NCBI GenBank assembly: GCA_018398765.1
Contig: JAHBMJ010000009.1
Span: forward strand, 1-59,799
Length of the DNA stretch: 59,799 bases
Origin: Chromera velia
Lineage: Eukaryota
Direction of reading: 5' to 3'
The notes beneath the pieces are model-generated. The model worked only from the letters and a program-made list of their open reading frames with translations, made no database searches and had not been told where the DNA came from. Position 1 is the first letter of the stretch, and every line of letters starts with the position of its first letter. Below are positions 24,857-37,562 of this stretch, one piece after another. The translations under genes were made by a program, and so were the position numbers.

Positions 24857-25819
24857 TAGCTCTTTAGTTAGTTCATATTTCCCCAAAAAAGTAAACTAAC
24901 TAACTAACTTATGAATTAAACCAGTTATAGAGGGTTTTTAGTTTAGTTAGTTTAGTTTAATATATTAAACTGTATTACTATAAAAGGTTTGATTACTTAT
25001 TGTCTGCTAGCATTGTCTGAGTCTAGGAGCGCCCGTCGAAGCCTCAGCCTAGGGTCGATCTTCTTTGTATGGGAGGCTTTGAGTCACTTTTGATCTAAAT
25101 AGCAGCACCGGGAGGACCTGGTGCTGCGCGTGGATCCGAGAGCGAGAGGCACAGGCTTTTGCACTAGCCTTGATCTTGTTGGGGTTACATGTCATTTATT
25201 GTTATCAACGACACTAGCAAGGACACTAACAATGATATTAAGCATCCTAATACTGGGAGGGAAGAGGGGTGTGGGGTGCAAAGTTGTAAACGCTCTTTAA
25301 TTTGCAGCAGCTCAAATTTTAGGGTTAAACTAGGTCAAAATTGTTTAGTTAGTTTAGTTAGTTAGTTAGTTCTCCACGGGGTCATAAACTAAACTAACTA
25401 ACTACTAACTAAAGTCCATGCCTAGGATGTTTAAGTTTAAATTTAAATAAGAAAAGTTGTAATAATTGTTCAATAAATTTTGAATAAGAATTCTGATGAA
25501 TTATTGTGCTATGCATTTTACTAGCTATCCCTAATCCTATTGAGTCTTCACGCGCAACTCTAAGTCCTCTTGGTGCTGCTCATCATCTGATAAAGTGACT
25601 TAACCCACCAGCTATCGTGTCCTATTCTTTAATACACTCCTAATAAACAATCTATTTAGACTAGTATTTAGATTGAAAGACTATAACATAATGAAACTAG
25701 TAATGAAAGTGACCCAGAGCCTCCTATGTACGTAGAGAAGACGCCTTCGATGAGCGCTCTTTGACTAGGTTAGGTTATTAGGACTCAAACTAACTCAGAC
25801 AATGAACCTGAGTGATCAA

Positions 25820-25987
25820 ACCGTTTCTAGAACCTTTTACGGTTTCATACATCAAACTAAACTAACTAAACTAAAGACAAGCAAAGACCACGTATAACTA
25901 GTTTTTATCACAGTTTAGTTAGTTAGTTTAGTTTTCTGCAGAAATATAAACTAACAAAAGAACTAAACTAACTAAAGTCTACACCTA
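25820..25987 (-). mobile_element. Inverted second copy of the left end of the 23159 family
   Basis: Reverse complement reads TAGGTGTAGACTTTAGTTAGTTTAGTTCTTTTGTTAGTTTATATTTC.., colinear with 23159-23188 plus 24865-24990. Confidence 0.75.
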
Positions 25988-26910
25988 CGTAACGACTGGT
26001 TTAGTGCTTAGGTGAAGAGCTTGGTGAAGTGTTCTTGTATATGTATTTCGCCTTCCAGCAATCGGTTGATTATGGAGGGTATACGTTTAGAAACCTGTTC
26101 ACGTAGTGGTTAGCAGAGTAACTTAATTAAACATTTGTAGACTTATTATCTGACTTAACTCAATAATCCTCATTATTACTCATTATAAGACTAATGTGAG
26201 CCGATTGTAGAACATGTAGTAATAAGTAGTAATAAGTAGACTTAGATAGACTAAGTTTAACTAAATAAAACAGTACCAAGCAGTCTTTAGTTGTAGGTGA
26301 TAGTTCAAAATATAAATTTAACATAATTTAACAATTACATTACTTTTTCTGTGAAATTCCATGATATCATGCATGACCTTCCGTTTCAGTTTGCTTTGGT
26401 ACACTTCGGTCTAGAAGTGAAAGACTATGAAAGACGTATCAGAGCGGCAGAGAAGTTCAGATGGGGTGGGTGGGGGGGGGGGACAAAGAGAGTTGGAGGG
26501 CGGTGGAATGCGGCGGAGCTTGATTTCGGGGGGGCAAGGCATTCGTAGGGTGCATGGTCCTGGCGGACTGAGGCGGGCAGGGCCCCCCCTGCTTTGGGGG
26601 GGGCCGGGACGCCGGGGGTGATCATGCATTGAAATTTGGAATGCCCTGAGAATCAATTACAAGTCCATAAAATGCTGAAGATCGTTGTCACTCTGTGAAT
26701 TGATGATGCATACCGAACTCTCAATCATCTTTGGTCTGAGCAAAATTGGTCAGGATTGAGGGAAAGTGCTCTGCATTCTGTCGACAGGTTCTTCAATCTG
26801 GTTGAGACGGAGCCATCTCGTCCGACCTGGTTTTTGACACTGGATTCCACCGCTGTTTCAGTCGTCCGAACCTGCAGCTGTTCTCCCTCTTTGCCTTGTT
26901 CCTTTAAAGG

Positions 26911-29900
26911 ATGACAGCGAAGGAAGCGGATATTTTGAGTGTTCTGGTTCAGACCGGAATTTTGGGATTGCGCGGATTCTGGAAAATCTCCGCCGTCTCC
27001 AAGAAGCTTCTCTCTCTGAGAGACGATGCAACTGCTTTAGGTTTTGGCAGTGTCTGTTCAGGCTTCTCTTCTGTCACTGAGAGGCAGGAGGTATGGAGGC
27101 TGATTGACGATTGTCTCTCACGCGATGATGAGAAAGCTCTGCAGCAGCTATTTGCCCTTGCTGGGGTTTCTGGGCGTTACCCTTTTCTGCTGCGACGACT
27201 CGTAGAGAAGGGCCCCGACTCGGAAAAGTGCCGAAAATATTTGATGAAGAGGGGGGTGACTCCGTGCCTCACTGAGATTTCGTATGCGCAGCGAACCTTG
27301 GGTGGGACCAAGTTGACGAAAAAACTCGTAGACGAAATGGTCAGCCATCGTATTTTGCAAACCGACGCCTGGTCAGTATTTCCGTCCCGGGAGGACGATT
27401 TTGTCGTCTTCGACCCTGTTTCCGTTCACTTTCTTGAGAATGACCGATTTGACTTGGCTGAGTCCCTGCTTGATGCGGGCTCACGTATGGATGTTTGTGC
27501 ATGGGAGTGGGAGAGATTTCCCCGCGTTCCCGATGTGGGGGTAACGCCCCTTCAATGCTTAGTACAGCGCCTCGTGAGACTTGATTCTAAGGAGCATGCG
27601 TTGCGTCAGAAGGGGTTAGCTCTCCTTGACCGAGTTGCGAGAGCATCCAAGGCAGCCGGATGTTTGGATTGGAAGTTCGTCCATGACGATCGACGGGTGG
27701 CCGTCATGCGTGAGGGCACGGCTCTCGGTTTTGCGTGTCTCCGTCGAGATGCACAGATTGTGAGAGTGTTAGGGGGGGTGACTGAGAGAATTGATCAGGA
27801 GGGTCTTCCCTTCTTGATTCTTACGGGCGACGATGATCATTATGACCCTGAAAGACTCAGTCCAGAGAAAGTTGACAGTCGTTGTGCAGACACGCTTGAG
27901 GAACTTGCAAATATACGGGGGGTGAATCTGAATGCCGTCAACAGAGACGGACACACGCCCCTCTCTCTTGCCTGTTCTCTGGCGCTAGAGAAGAGTGCAG
28001 CAGTGCTTCTAAAGAGAGGCGCCCTGCCGAAAAGAGTGAAGGGACGGAAGAGAATGAGCCTGTCACCCCTGTATGAAGCCTTGAAAACCCGATCAGAGAC
28101 CATCTGCTCTCTGCTACTTCAGTGGAAGGCAGACCCAAATGAAGTGGTGGTGGAAGGGGCAGGGGCCTGCACACTCCTGCAAAAGACACTGCTGAAGGCC
28201 TTTACCTGCCGGGAGTCGGACCGAAAAATAACCGCAGCTCTTGCAAAGCTACTGATCGAGAACGGTGCACGAGCATGTGTGCTTTCTTCTCCCCTCCTTC
28301 CGACAACAGAAAAGGGTCAGACAGGCACTCCCCCTCTGATTGAGTTCTCAACGCTGTTGATGGCGTGTCAGACAGAGGACGCCGATTTCGTGCGTCTCCT
28401 CGTCACCAAAGGGGGGGGGGATCCGAATGCAAAGGCAAAGACCAGGGAGATGGATGCCGCAGAATGCCCCGTGTTTTTTGTTCTCTGGTATTTTCGGCAT
28501 TCGGACTCGGTGATCATGTCTCTTTTGAACACTCTAGCAGAATTTGGAGCAGATCTGAAAGTTGACAGGGGTGATGGGCACAGTCTCTTGTCTCTCGCCT
28601 GCCACCATCAGTGCGGCTCTGCAGTACTGGAATTCCTTCTTGAAAAAGGGGTGCAAGTGGGAGGGCTGAGGCGAGAGGGGGGTGCGGGACCCGTCCCTCT
28701 GGTCGAGGCGGCTGCATCGCTTTGCCCCGAGAACGTTCGCGTCCTTCTGAAATGGGGTACAGAGGTGAATCATCCAGGGTTGGTGGAGGATTGGGAGGTT
28801 CAACGTCCCCCCGGAACGGTCAGGACCCTTAGGAGGGTCAGGCGTAGAACTGTCATGTTTCCGCTGCAGGCAGCTGTACAGGTACAGAAGCAAGATCGTA
28901 TGCAGGAAATGTTCGCTATTGTAAAGATGTTGATTGACAATGGAGCCAAATGTCGTGCCTGCCCGTCTCCATCAATAGATGCGTCAGAACCTCCCCTTTC
29001 CGTGCTGCCGCCTCTTGAGAGCAGCGTCTCTCCGTTGTGGAAGGCGTGTGAGCTGCGAGATGCATGCCTGATACGTTTGCTTTGTGAAAAGGGGGGGGGG
29101 CTGCCCGAGGGGGGAAAGGAGGTCGGTGCCGCAGTGTCGGTTCTGGTGTCTGATAGAGATTTCCAGAGTCAGAAGGACGTGCACTGCCAGGAGGGGGCAA
29201 TCTTGGAACATTGGCGCTTGGCTGAGTCGCTTTTGCAGGTAGGTGAGTGTGCGTGTGTGTGTGTGTGTGTGCGTGCGTGCGCGCGCGCGCGCGAGTGAGT
29301 GAGTGAGTGAGTGAGTGAGTGAGAGAGAGAGAGTGAGTGTGTGTGTGTGTGCTTGTGTGTGTGTGTGTGTGTGTGCGTACGTGCGTGCGTGCGTGCGTGC
29401 GCTCGAGCGAGTGAGTAAGTGAGTGAGTGAGTGTGTGAGTCTGTGTGTGTGTGTTTGCTAGGTATGTTTGTGTGTTCGCGCGCGTGCGTGTCTCTGGGTG
29501 TGCGTGTGTTTTAGTGCGCTTATGTACACGTGTGTGTACGCGTATGTGTGTGCGGTCACGTCTGCATGTGCGCGTGTTTGTCCGGGGGAAGGGGGGGAGC
29601 GCCAGACAGAAGAGGGGAGGAAGAGAGAAGGAGAATGTGTTGGTTGTTTACTCAGGTTTCTCTTCTCTGCTCGTTCAGTTTTTTCAAGGACTTCCAAGGC
29701 ATATCTGGCGGCAATGCCCTCCCGGGCGTATTGTCTTTTTACAATGATTTTGCAGAATGGTTGAACTCCAACAGTCTGTACTGCAAGGCTCCAAACATGC
29801 AGGGAAACTACCTGTTGCTCCTTGTCGTTTTTACCACTGGGTGTTTCTTCATATCGATCATTTGCTGATTGTTTCTATCTACACTCTCATTCACTGTTTT

Positions 29901-30457
29901 CCTCACGGACCGATGATTTTTTTTTGCAGCAACACGGCGAAGTTGACCTTTCCTTACCTGCCTCGGACATTCCAGGAATGGTCCCGGGTTGCGGGTCTGG
30001 TTCCTGGTTCTTCGACCTGATCAGTCTCGAAGAGGCGAGGGGCCCCTCTCTGCTGAAGGTCATTCGATCTTCCCCTTTGAAGGAACTGGACAGGATAGTG
30101 CAGGTGGCGACAGAGGGCTGGAATTCGGAAACCCACGTCTCGTCTCTGGGCATGGCAATCAGGAGTAAGTGGGAAGAGGGGGTGACTGCACTACTAGAGA
30201 GGGGGGTAAATCCGAACCTGGACCCGTTTGTTTTGTCGGAAAGCCCCCTTTTCGCGGCTTTCGATAGTGAACAATGGGATAATGCGAGATCCCTCCTCAA
30301 AAAAGGAGCGGGGCTGTTTTCTAGATGCGAGAGCGAGGCCAAAGAGTTAGAGGCAAAAAGGTGTCAATTGCCCCCCGACCTCCGATCTTTCCGACTGACT
30401 TCTTGTGCCACGACAGACGGGGTACTCAAAATTACTTTTGATAAAGACGTTGTTTGA
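26911..30457 (+). CDS. Ankyrin-repeat protein, 2 exons (about 26911-29238 and 29930-30457)
   Basis: 795-aa ORF with repeated ankyrin motifs (NAVNRDGHTPLSLAC..LLKRGA, SPLYEAL..LLLQWKADPN, GHSLLSLAC..FLLEKG); LQ|GTAGGT donor, TTGCAG|CAACAC acceptor; exon 2 has LLERGVNPN..SPLFAAF..LLKKGA. Confidence 0.88.
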
Positions 30458-30479
30458 TTCACTACCTTTGATCAACTGA

Positions 30480-30480
30480 N

Positions 30481-30515
<35 letters not shown>

Positions 30516-31544
30516 GTGCGTGCGCGCGTTTGTGTGCGTGTCGCGCGCGTGCGTGTCTCTGGGTGTGCGTGTGTTTTAGTGCGCTTATGTACACGTGTGT
30601 GTACGCGTATGTGTGTGCGGTCACGTCTGCATGTGCGCGTGTTTGTCCGGGGGAAGGGGGGGAGCGCCAGACAGAAGAGGGGAGGAAGAGAGAAGGAGAA
30701 TGTGTTGGTTGTTTACTCAGGTTTCTCTTCTCTGCTCGTTCAGTTTTTTCAAGGACTTCCAAGGCATATCTGGCGGCAATGCCCTCCCGGGCGTATTGTC
30801 TTTTTACAATGATTTTGCAGAATGGTTGAACTCCAACAGTCTGTACTGCAAGGCTCCAAACATGCAGGGAAACTACCTGTTGCTCCTTGTCGTTTTTACC
30901 ACTGGGTGTTTCTTCATATCGATCATTTGCTGATTGTTTCTATCTACACTCTCATTCACTGTTTTCCTCACGGACCGATGATTTTTTTTTGCAGCAACAC
31001 GGCGAAGTTGACCTTTCCTTACCTGCCTCGGACATTCCAGGAATGGTCCCGGGTTGCGGGTCTGGTTCCTGGTTCTTCGACCTGATCAGTCTCGAAGAGG
31101 CGAGGGGCCCCTCTCTGCTGAAGGTCATTCGATCTTCCCCTTTGAAGGAACTGGACAGGATAGTGCAGGTGGCGACAGAGGGCTGGAATTCGGAAACCCA
31201 CGTCTCGTCTCTGGGCATGGCAATCAGGAGTAAGTGGGAAGAGGGGGTGACTGCACTACTAGAGAGGGGGGTAAATCCGAACCTGGACCCGTTTGTTTTG
31301 TCGGAAAGCCCCCTTTTCGCGGCTTTCGATAGTGAACAATGGGATAATGCGAGATCCCTCCTCAAAAAAGGAGCGGGGCTGTTTTCTAGATGCGAGAGCG
31401 AGGCCAAAGAGTTAGAGGCAAAAAGGTGTCAATTGCCCCCCGACCTCCGATCTTTCCGACTGACTTCTTGTGCCACGACAGACGGGGTACTCAAAATTAC
31501 TTTTGATAAAGACGTTGTTTGATTCACTACCTTTGATCAACTGA
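30480..31544 (+). other. Apparently identical copy (offset 1065) of the ankyrin intron end and last exon; probable assembly artefact
   Basis: ORFs 29822..30457 and 30887..31522 are identical; copies are joined at a single N (30480) beside a (TG)n microsatellite. Confidence 0.75.
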
Positions 31545-31825
31545 CTATAATATATATTCAATTGAATGTCATGTACCCTATATGAAATCGAGACAAATTA
31601 GTATAAGTACTACAAGAAATGTTCTAATTTTGGTACTTAGTACACATTTTCTTTAAAAAAGTTTTACATATTTTCTTAGACTAGCAAACCTTTAAGATCT
31701 AGATGTACCAGTAAATGAATGAATAAACCTAACATTTAAACCAAACTAATTTTGATACACTGGAACTATAGTGTATCACAATAAGAATTTGTAGTCTGTA
31801 AATTGTAGAACCTTTTGTATCACAA

Positions 31826-33793
31826 TGTTGTGTGCCGCCTTAGTGTGTTCTACACAGATACCGAGGCCAATACGGCATGTCCCAACCCGGCATTCCGGGG
31901 GCTACGGCAACTATTCTATCCGCAGCACTAGCTGCAACATCCTATTAGATATTTCTGGCTCAGCAGCGCATTCTTTAACACTGCTTTGGCAGCTTTGTCC
32001 AGTTGATCAATGGAATCAGACCTAGCCTCCTGACTGACAGTCTCACGTGACCGCGGTCTATGAATTTGTTGTATTATGCCTAGACTGTCTGCGTATGGAG
32101 TCTAGCTGGTATACAATATGGCAGCGAGCCTGGTTCCGGGTCATATTTGAGAACCGCAGCTGCCACTGTTAATTGCAACCCGTCTTCTCTTTGAGAAATT
32201 AGTTTTGCAGGGTTCACGCTTCTGGCAGCAAGCTCGCAAACGTTTTCCGAAGTAGACAGATAGACACAGTGGCGCGTATCCCTCAGAGTCTTCTCTTCTG
32301 GGTTTAATGAATTTATCCTAGAATTTACCCCCCTGGCTTCAAAAATTGCAACGTACTGAATTTTGAAAGACTCATCTCCTTTGTGAGTGTATCTTTCTCG
32401 CTCCGCTAGCCACTGCCCTAGCCACTGCCTTCTTGAAATGTCTTCTCTGTTTGGAGAAGTATCCACTATGGTGATGGCACTCAAGCAGGTATGTGATGGA
32501 GCCCTGGAAACAATTTTAAAAGCTTCATGGTGCTGAGGACTGCCACATCGCTCTGACTATTGCCGCTAAGACTTACTTCTCTTTGGTTTCTCAAACTTGT
32601 CTCGTCTTTGAGGCACACAGGCCTTAGAAACGCCGTAGAAAACGTGGTGTGGGCGTAAAAAAGAAGAAGACTTTTTGTGCACCGACCGTCAGCTAGTGCT
32701 TGCATTGCTTCTGCTGCAGCTTGTTTATCAACTCCAACACCGGAGCTACCTCTCGGACCCAGGTGCAGCCGCTTCTGAACCTTCTATTCCCGACAGGTCA
32801 TCTGGCACACATGCAACTCATGCAACCTTGCCCCTTTCCTTCTACAATCATGATGCACCAAAGTCATTCCTCTACTTTTGCCTTCTCCCCCTCGCTCTGC
32901 TGAAGTTCCCAAGCAATTGAGCAGCTCTCTGCTTTCCTTTTTCAGAACTATTCCCACAACTCTTCTGGAAATAAAGCTGGAAAACATACTAAGCGAGGAG
33001 TAACCCCCTCCCCCTCCCATTCCTACTGAATCGACCATAATCTCAGAGTCTACAAATACCCATGTGGAGGTTAATTGTGGTTTCTTCTCAGCACTCTAGC
33101 TTTCTTGTTCCACCCGATGCCGCTATTACAACTCCTTCCAAGACCCCCAATCCCCCCCCCAAACCCAAACTCATTCGAATGGTGAAAGTGGGATCCAAGT
33201 TCATCCCTGACCCCCATGAAGTGGATGAATTTCACTGCCGTCTCCCTTGCAGTGAGGAAAAGCAGGATACAGCGGCGACGGTCTTTCAGATAGACAGATC
33301 GACCCGCCTAATGCTTCCTCATATATGGATTAACCCAACTACCCTGCCTCCTCCTGATGAACTAACGTCTGCTGCCATGACAGCTGCAAGAACCGCTTCC
33401 GCCAAACGCTTGCCCGATTCTGCGTGGCACCTTCCTTGGTGGGAGCAGTACTGGCTATGATTTTGTACTGCCTGTTCAGAAGAAAGGAAAGGGATGCATG
33501 TTGTATGTCACCTCAGTGTGTCCTACACAGATACCGAGGCTAATCTGGTATGTCCCAACCCGGCAGTCCGGAGGCCATGGTAACTATTCCATCCGCAGCA
33601 TCCCATTGGATATTTCTGGCTCAGCAGCACATTCTCTAACACTGCTTTGGCAGCTTTGTCCGGTTGATCGATGGAATCAGACCTAACCTCTTAACTGACA
33701 GTCTCACGTGACCGTGATCCATACATTTAATTGTTGGATTATGCCTAGACGTGCTTAGACTGCCTGCGTACGGAGTCTAGCTGGTACACAATA
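31826..33793 (+). mobile_element. Non-autonomous LTR retroelement, about 2 kb
   Basis: Direct repeats about 31826-32118 and 33499-33793 (TGTTG...CAATA); TGGCAGCGAG PBS-like at 32119; purine tract GAAGAAAGGAAAGGG before the 3' LTR; TSD not resolved. Confidence 0.82.
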
Positions 33794-34271
33794 AGAATGA
33801 TTTGTGACATAATTTCGTGTCACATAAATGTCACACAATAATTGTAATTTTAAGAACTTTTGACTGATAATCCCAGCTCATTAAAATTCAATAAAAACTT
33901 TAAAAATTATTCAAGCTCTTGTTTAAACTTAATTCATTCATAAAATTTTTACTTAACTTATTGTAGGTTATTAATTCAATTAAAACGAAAGAAAAAATTT
34001 CTAGAAAAAATCCTATTCATTGTATCATTTCCTAGATCTTAGGTTTTCTAGCCTATTACTACTACTAGTAGATCGTTTGAACCGTAACTTCAACCGTTTT
34101 ATACTAAGGCTAGTATCAAGGCTACTTTAATAGACTACAGATGTTAGATATAAGAATCACCAATCAATTCATTCTAAAATAATTCAGAATATTTTCTACA
34201 TAGACAAACATAGTGACACACTGACATATATACACACACAAAGAAAGACAGAGAGACAGACAGATAGAGAG

Positions 34272-36849
34272 TGAAGTATATAGTAGAATATAACTAGCGT
34301 GAATAACATGAGATGAATCGGCCATTATAGAGTCCAAAGACTGTCAAGCAAGAGTCTTAGAGCTTAATAGATCGAACACAAAGTTAAGTTTTAACGTTGC
34401 GATCTGCCACTGAAGGGAATTGGAGTGAATAATTGATCCGTCGGATAATTTGCTTTCGCCGGGGCCCCTGGACCGCGCACTGCCAGTACCTGTACGTACC
34501 ACAGTGTGCATGCCGGGGCAACCACTTAGTGCGGTCGAACACAACATGCATTCCTTTTCTTTCTTTCTCCTCTCCAGGGACCTCTATCGACTTTCTGGGG
34601 TCTTGTCCTCCCTCTCTTCCATTTTGGCTTGTCACGTTCCTTTCTTCCCCTCCCTTTTCTGCCCGACACTTCAAGCTAACACCTCCTTAATTACAGGAGG
34701 ATTTTTTATTAAGACATGGAGAAGGGATGAAATTCTTTTCATGCTGACACCTCAGGTGACTGCCAAAGGATTTCTGTGTCAGTACATAACAAAAGAGACA
34801 ATGCATGTAGGTCAGGGTAGGGAAGAAAACACAATGACAAAGGGGGAAGACAGATTCCTAGCTGCACTTGTTTAAGGCTTGTAAAGGTGCGCAACCGCTG
34901 TTGCTGTGGGTGTGGACTCTGAGCCAGAGTTGGGGTCGGATACAGATCATTCAGAGGAAACGGAGGAAAAAGTGTTATACCTCCTCTTCGATGCTTTTGA
35001 TCGCTTTGCTGGGGGAGGCGTACAGCTAAAGTAGAGCTTAAGCTTCTCTTGCAAGCTCTTCCGGCAGTGTCTGGTCTTGTGTCCCTTCTGTAAGCACGTC
35101 TAGCGAAAAAACTAGAAAAGACCTCGAGAAGTGGGGTGGGTGGGGTTTTTGCAGCGATGGTAAAGGGGGCCTTCAGGGAGAGGCACAGAGTTCTGGCCGG
35201 CTGCTGTTGCAGCCGGTTGTAGCAGGTTGGTTCAATTAATTGGGTTCATTGGAGGGTGACTGGACAGAGTGGTTGGGAGGAGACGGAGACAGAGAAAGGT
35301 GTTGATGATCCATTAATGGGGAAATGTTCCGTCCAAGCTCATTCGTATGGCGGAGGTAGGTTATTTTGATGCCTCCTTTTCCCTTCCACCGGAAAAAGGT
35401 TGCTATAGTCGCGACAGGTCCCTGCAGTTTGAAAAGGATCGCGCGGAGAAGGAAAAAACAACCTGAGATTAAAAAGCCTCCTTGGTAGGAAAAGGGACGA
35501 AGGGCGGCGACTTCTTCGAGTTGGTGGTAGTAGTTTTTCAGATCTCTCTTGTCTTCTTCTCCTGTTCAAACAAAAACCATCTCCTCCTTATGATACAGTC
35601 GCTCAACACCGTTGGACTAAGTCTTGAGTTCAACAGTTTGGATGAGCTCTGTTGGGTGAAGTTTGGGGGCAGTCAGGGGTAAGACTTAGTTCATGAGCGC
35701 TCCCAGGTTGGTATCAAAGATGACAGCGGGGTCACTGTCAAAGAAGGTGCGGAGTTCGTCTTCAATAGTAGGGAGGCTGCGGCGGGAGGCAGAGTCAAGG
35801 GTGAGAAGGAAGTTGTGGATTTTGATATACTTTTCTGCACCAGAAACAAACGCATTGGCAAGTTATATAGGATTGGCGCCCTCCATATTGTTCTCTGCAT
35901 GACGTTAGAATGACTCAAAAATGTCTTCAAGGGAAAGAGTGTCATTTTTGAATTGAACAGAGCATTTCCACTCCGGGAAGGTGGTAGGGGTTTTCGGTTT
36001 GGAGAGCAGTGCTGAACGGAGCGTAGCATTTTCCATCTCCAGTTCAAGCATGCGCTGGTCTTTGAGGGAAGACTTCAGACGAACATTCTCTGTCACAGTG
36101 CACGCAAGGCAGTAAGCTCAGCCTCAGGAGATGAGGGCTGCTGAGCTAGCTGCTGAGACTGTTGAGACGAAGGTAGGGGTTTCAGGAGCTGGTACCTGGA
36201 TGAAGCCACTCTGGAAATTGTGTGAGGGGGAAAACTGGGGCAAGAGATCGTCTGAATGTAGAGGGGGCATCGCCAGTTGGGGTGTGGGTGGGAAGGGGAA
36301 CAATTTTCGTTATTTTGGTTTCCTCCACCTGAAGGTGGTTTTCGTCTTCCCACTGATCTTGCCATTCGTACGCCGGTGGAGCCTCCTGATTAAACATGCT
36401 GCTGCTTGCAAAATATGGAGTATGGACAGAGTCCGCAGCGGGCGTGCACAGGAAAAAACGACCTGACAGGGTTGTAGAAAAATCAAGTTGATTTAGAGTG
36501 AAGGTTGCAATTAATATGAGAAAGATATAAAATCAACCATCTCCTCAAGACTCCCTGGTTTCAAAGTAGAACCCGCTCTGGTACCATGAAGTGTACAACA
36601 GAATATGGTTAGCGTGAATAACATGAGATGAATCGGCCGTTATAGAGTCTAAAGACTGTTAAGCAAGAGTCTTAGAGCTCAATAGAACACAAACGTTACG
36701 ATCTGCCACTGAAAGGAATTGGAGTGAATTATACTGTGAACAATTGATCCGTCGGACAATTTGCTTTCGCCGGGGCTCCTGAACCGCACGGTGCCTGTAC
36801 GTACTACAGTCTGCATGCCGGGGCAACCACTCAGTGCGGCGGAACACAA

Positions 36850-36851
<2 letters not shown>
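34272..36851 (-). mobile_element. gag-only LTR retroelement, about 2.6 kb, degenerate
   Basis: LTRs 34272-34546 and 36587-36851; PBS TGGTACCAGAGC (minus strand 36575-36586, tRNA-iMet type); PPT at about 34551-34575; stop-riddled gag with zinc-knuckle remnant R*TCLQKGHKTRHC (about 35064-35105); no pol motifs seen. Confidence 0.88.
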
Positions 36852-36885
<34 letters not shown>

Positions 36886-37562
36886 CTGAGAGAGAGAGCT
36901 AGAGAGGAGAGAGAAAGAGACAGACAGACAGACAGAGACAGACAGACAGACACAGACACAGACACGCATGCACGCACGCAGGCAAGCGCAGACATAAAGG
37001 GAGCGGGGCAGCACTCGGGGCGGCGGGGAGAGACGAAGAGGAGATGCTGGATCGAAGACAGATCTAGAGACAGGTAGGAATCTAGATTTTTTTTTTTTAG
37101 TTAGGCATTGTGCAGAGGTTACGAACTTGAGTATTTATAGAACGAATTGAACTCAGTCTCTCTAACAGGTTGTCTATCTTTCTCACTCGAATCCTTTCCT
37201 GCATTCACAAGGTTCTGATGCTACCAGATCCCGGTCTCCATTCTTCTTTCTTTTTGCCAGTGGCCTTCTAAGCCCCGCCTCTTCAAGCATCTCCCGTGTC
37301 ACCGAAGTGTCCTTCAAAAGTGCTTGCAGCTGAATCATGGGGATCCTTTTCTCTTGACGAAGCAAGCATAAGGAAAATCTGAAAGGAGGAAGAGGGGAGA
37401 GAAGGAAGCTAGGACTTCTACAAAGAGAATATTGACCGACCCCCTTTTGATTCACGCTCCCACTGCCAACATCAGGCCAGCCGATTGGAAAATAATCTCT
37501 CCGTCCTTTTCTCTTCCTTTCTTTTCCTTCTGTAGATCCACACACGTGCCTCCCCCTCCCCC

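Larger units (their letters stand above)
23159..25424. mobile_element. Non-autonomous TIR DNA transposon (outer element of nested trio), TTAG/CTAA-rich subtermini
   Basis: Left TAGGCGTGAACTTTAGTTAG; right end reverse-complements to TAGGCATGGACTTTAGTTAG; GGATGTTT on both flanks (23149-23156, 25425-25432; left copy offset by 2 nt). Confidence 0.8.

Noticed and set aside
26349..26648. MITE with GC-rich core
   Set aside because: Only a weak imperfect inverted repeat and no TSD
29478..31544. Real tandem duplication of the ankyrin last exon
   Set aside because: Copies look identical and meet at a lone N in a microsatellite, typical of an unmerged contig overlap; read depth would decide
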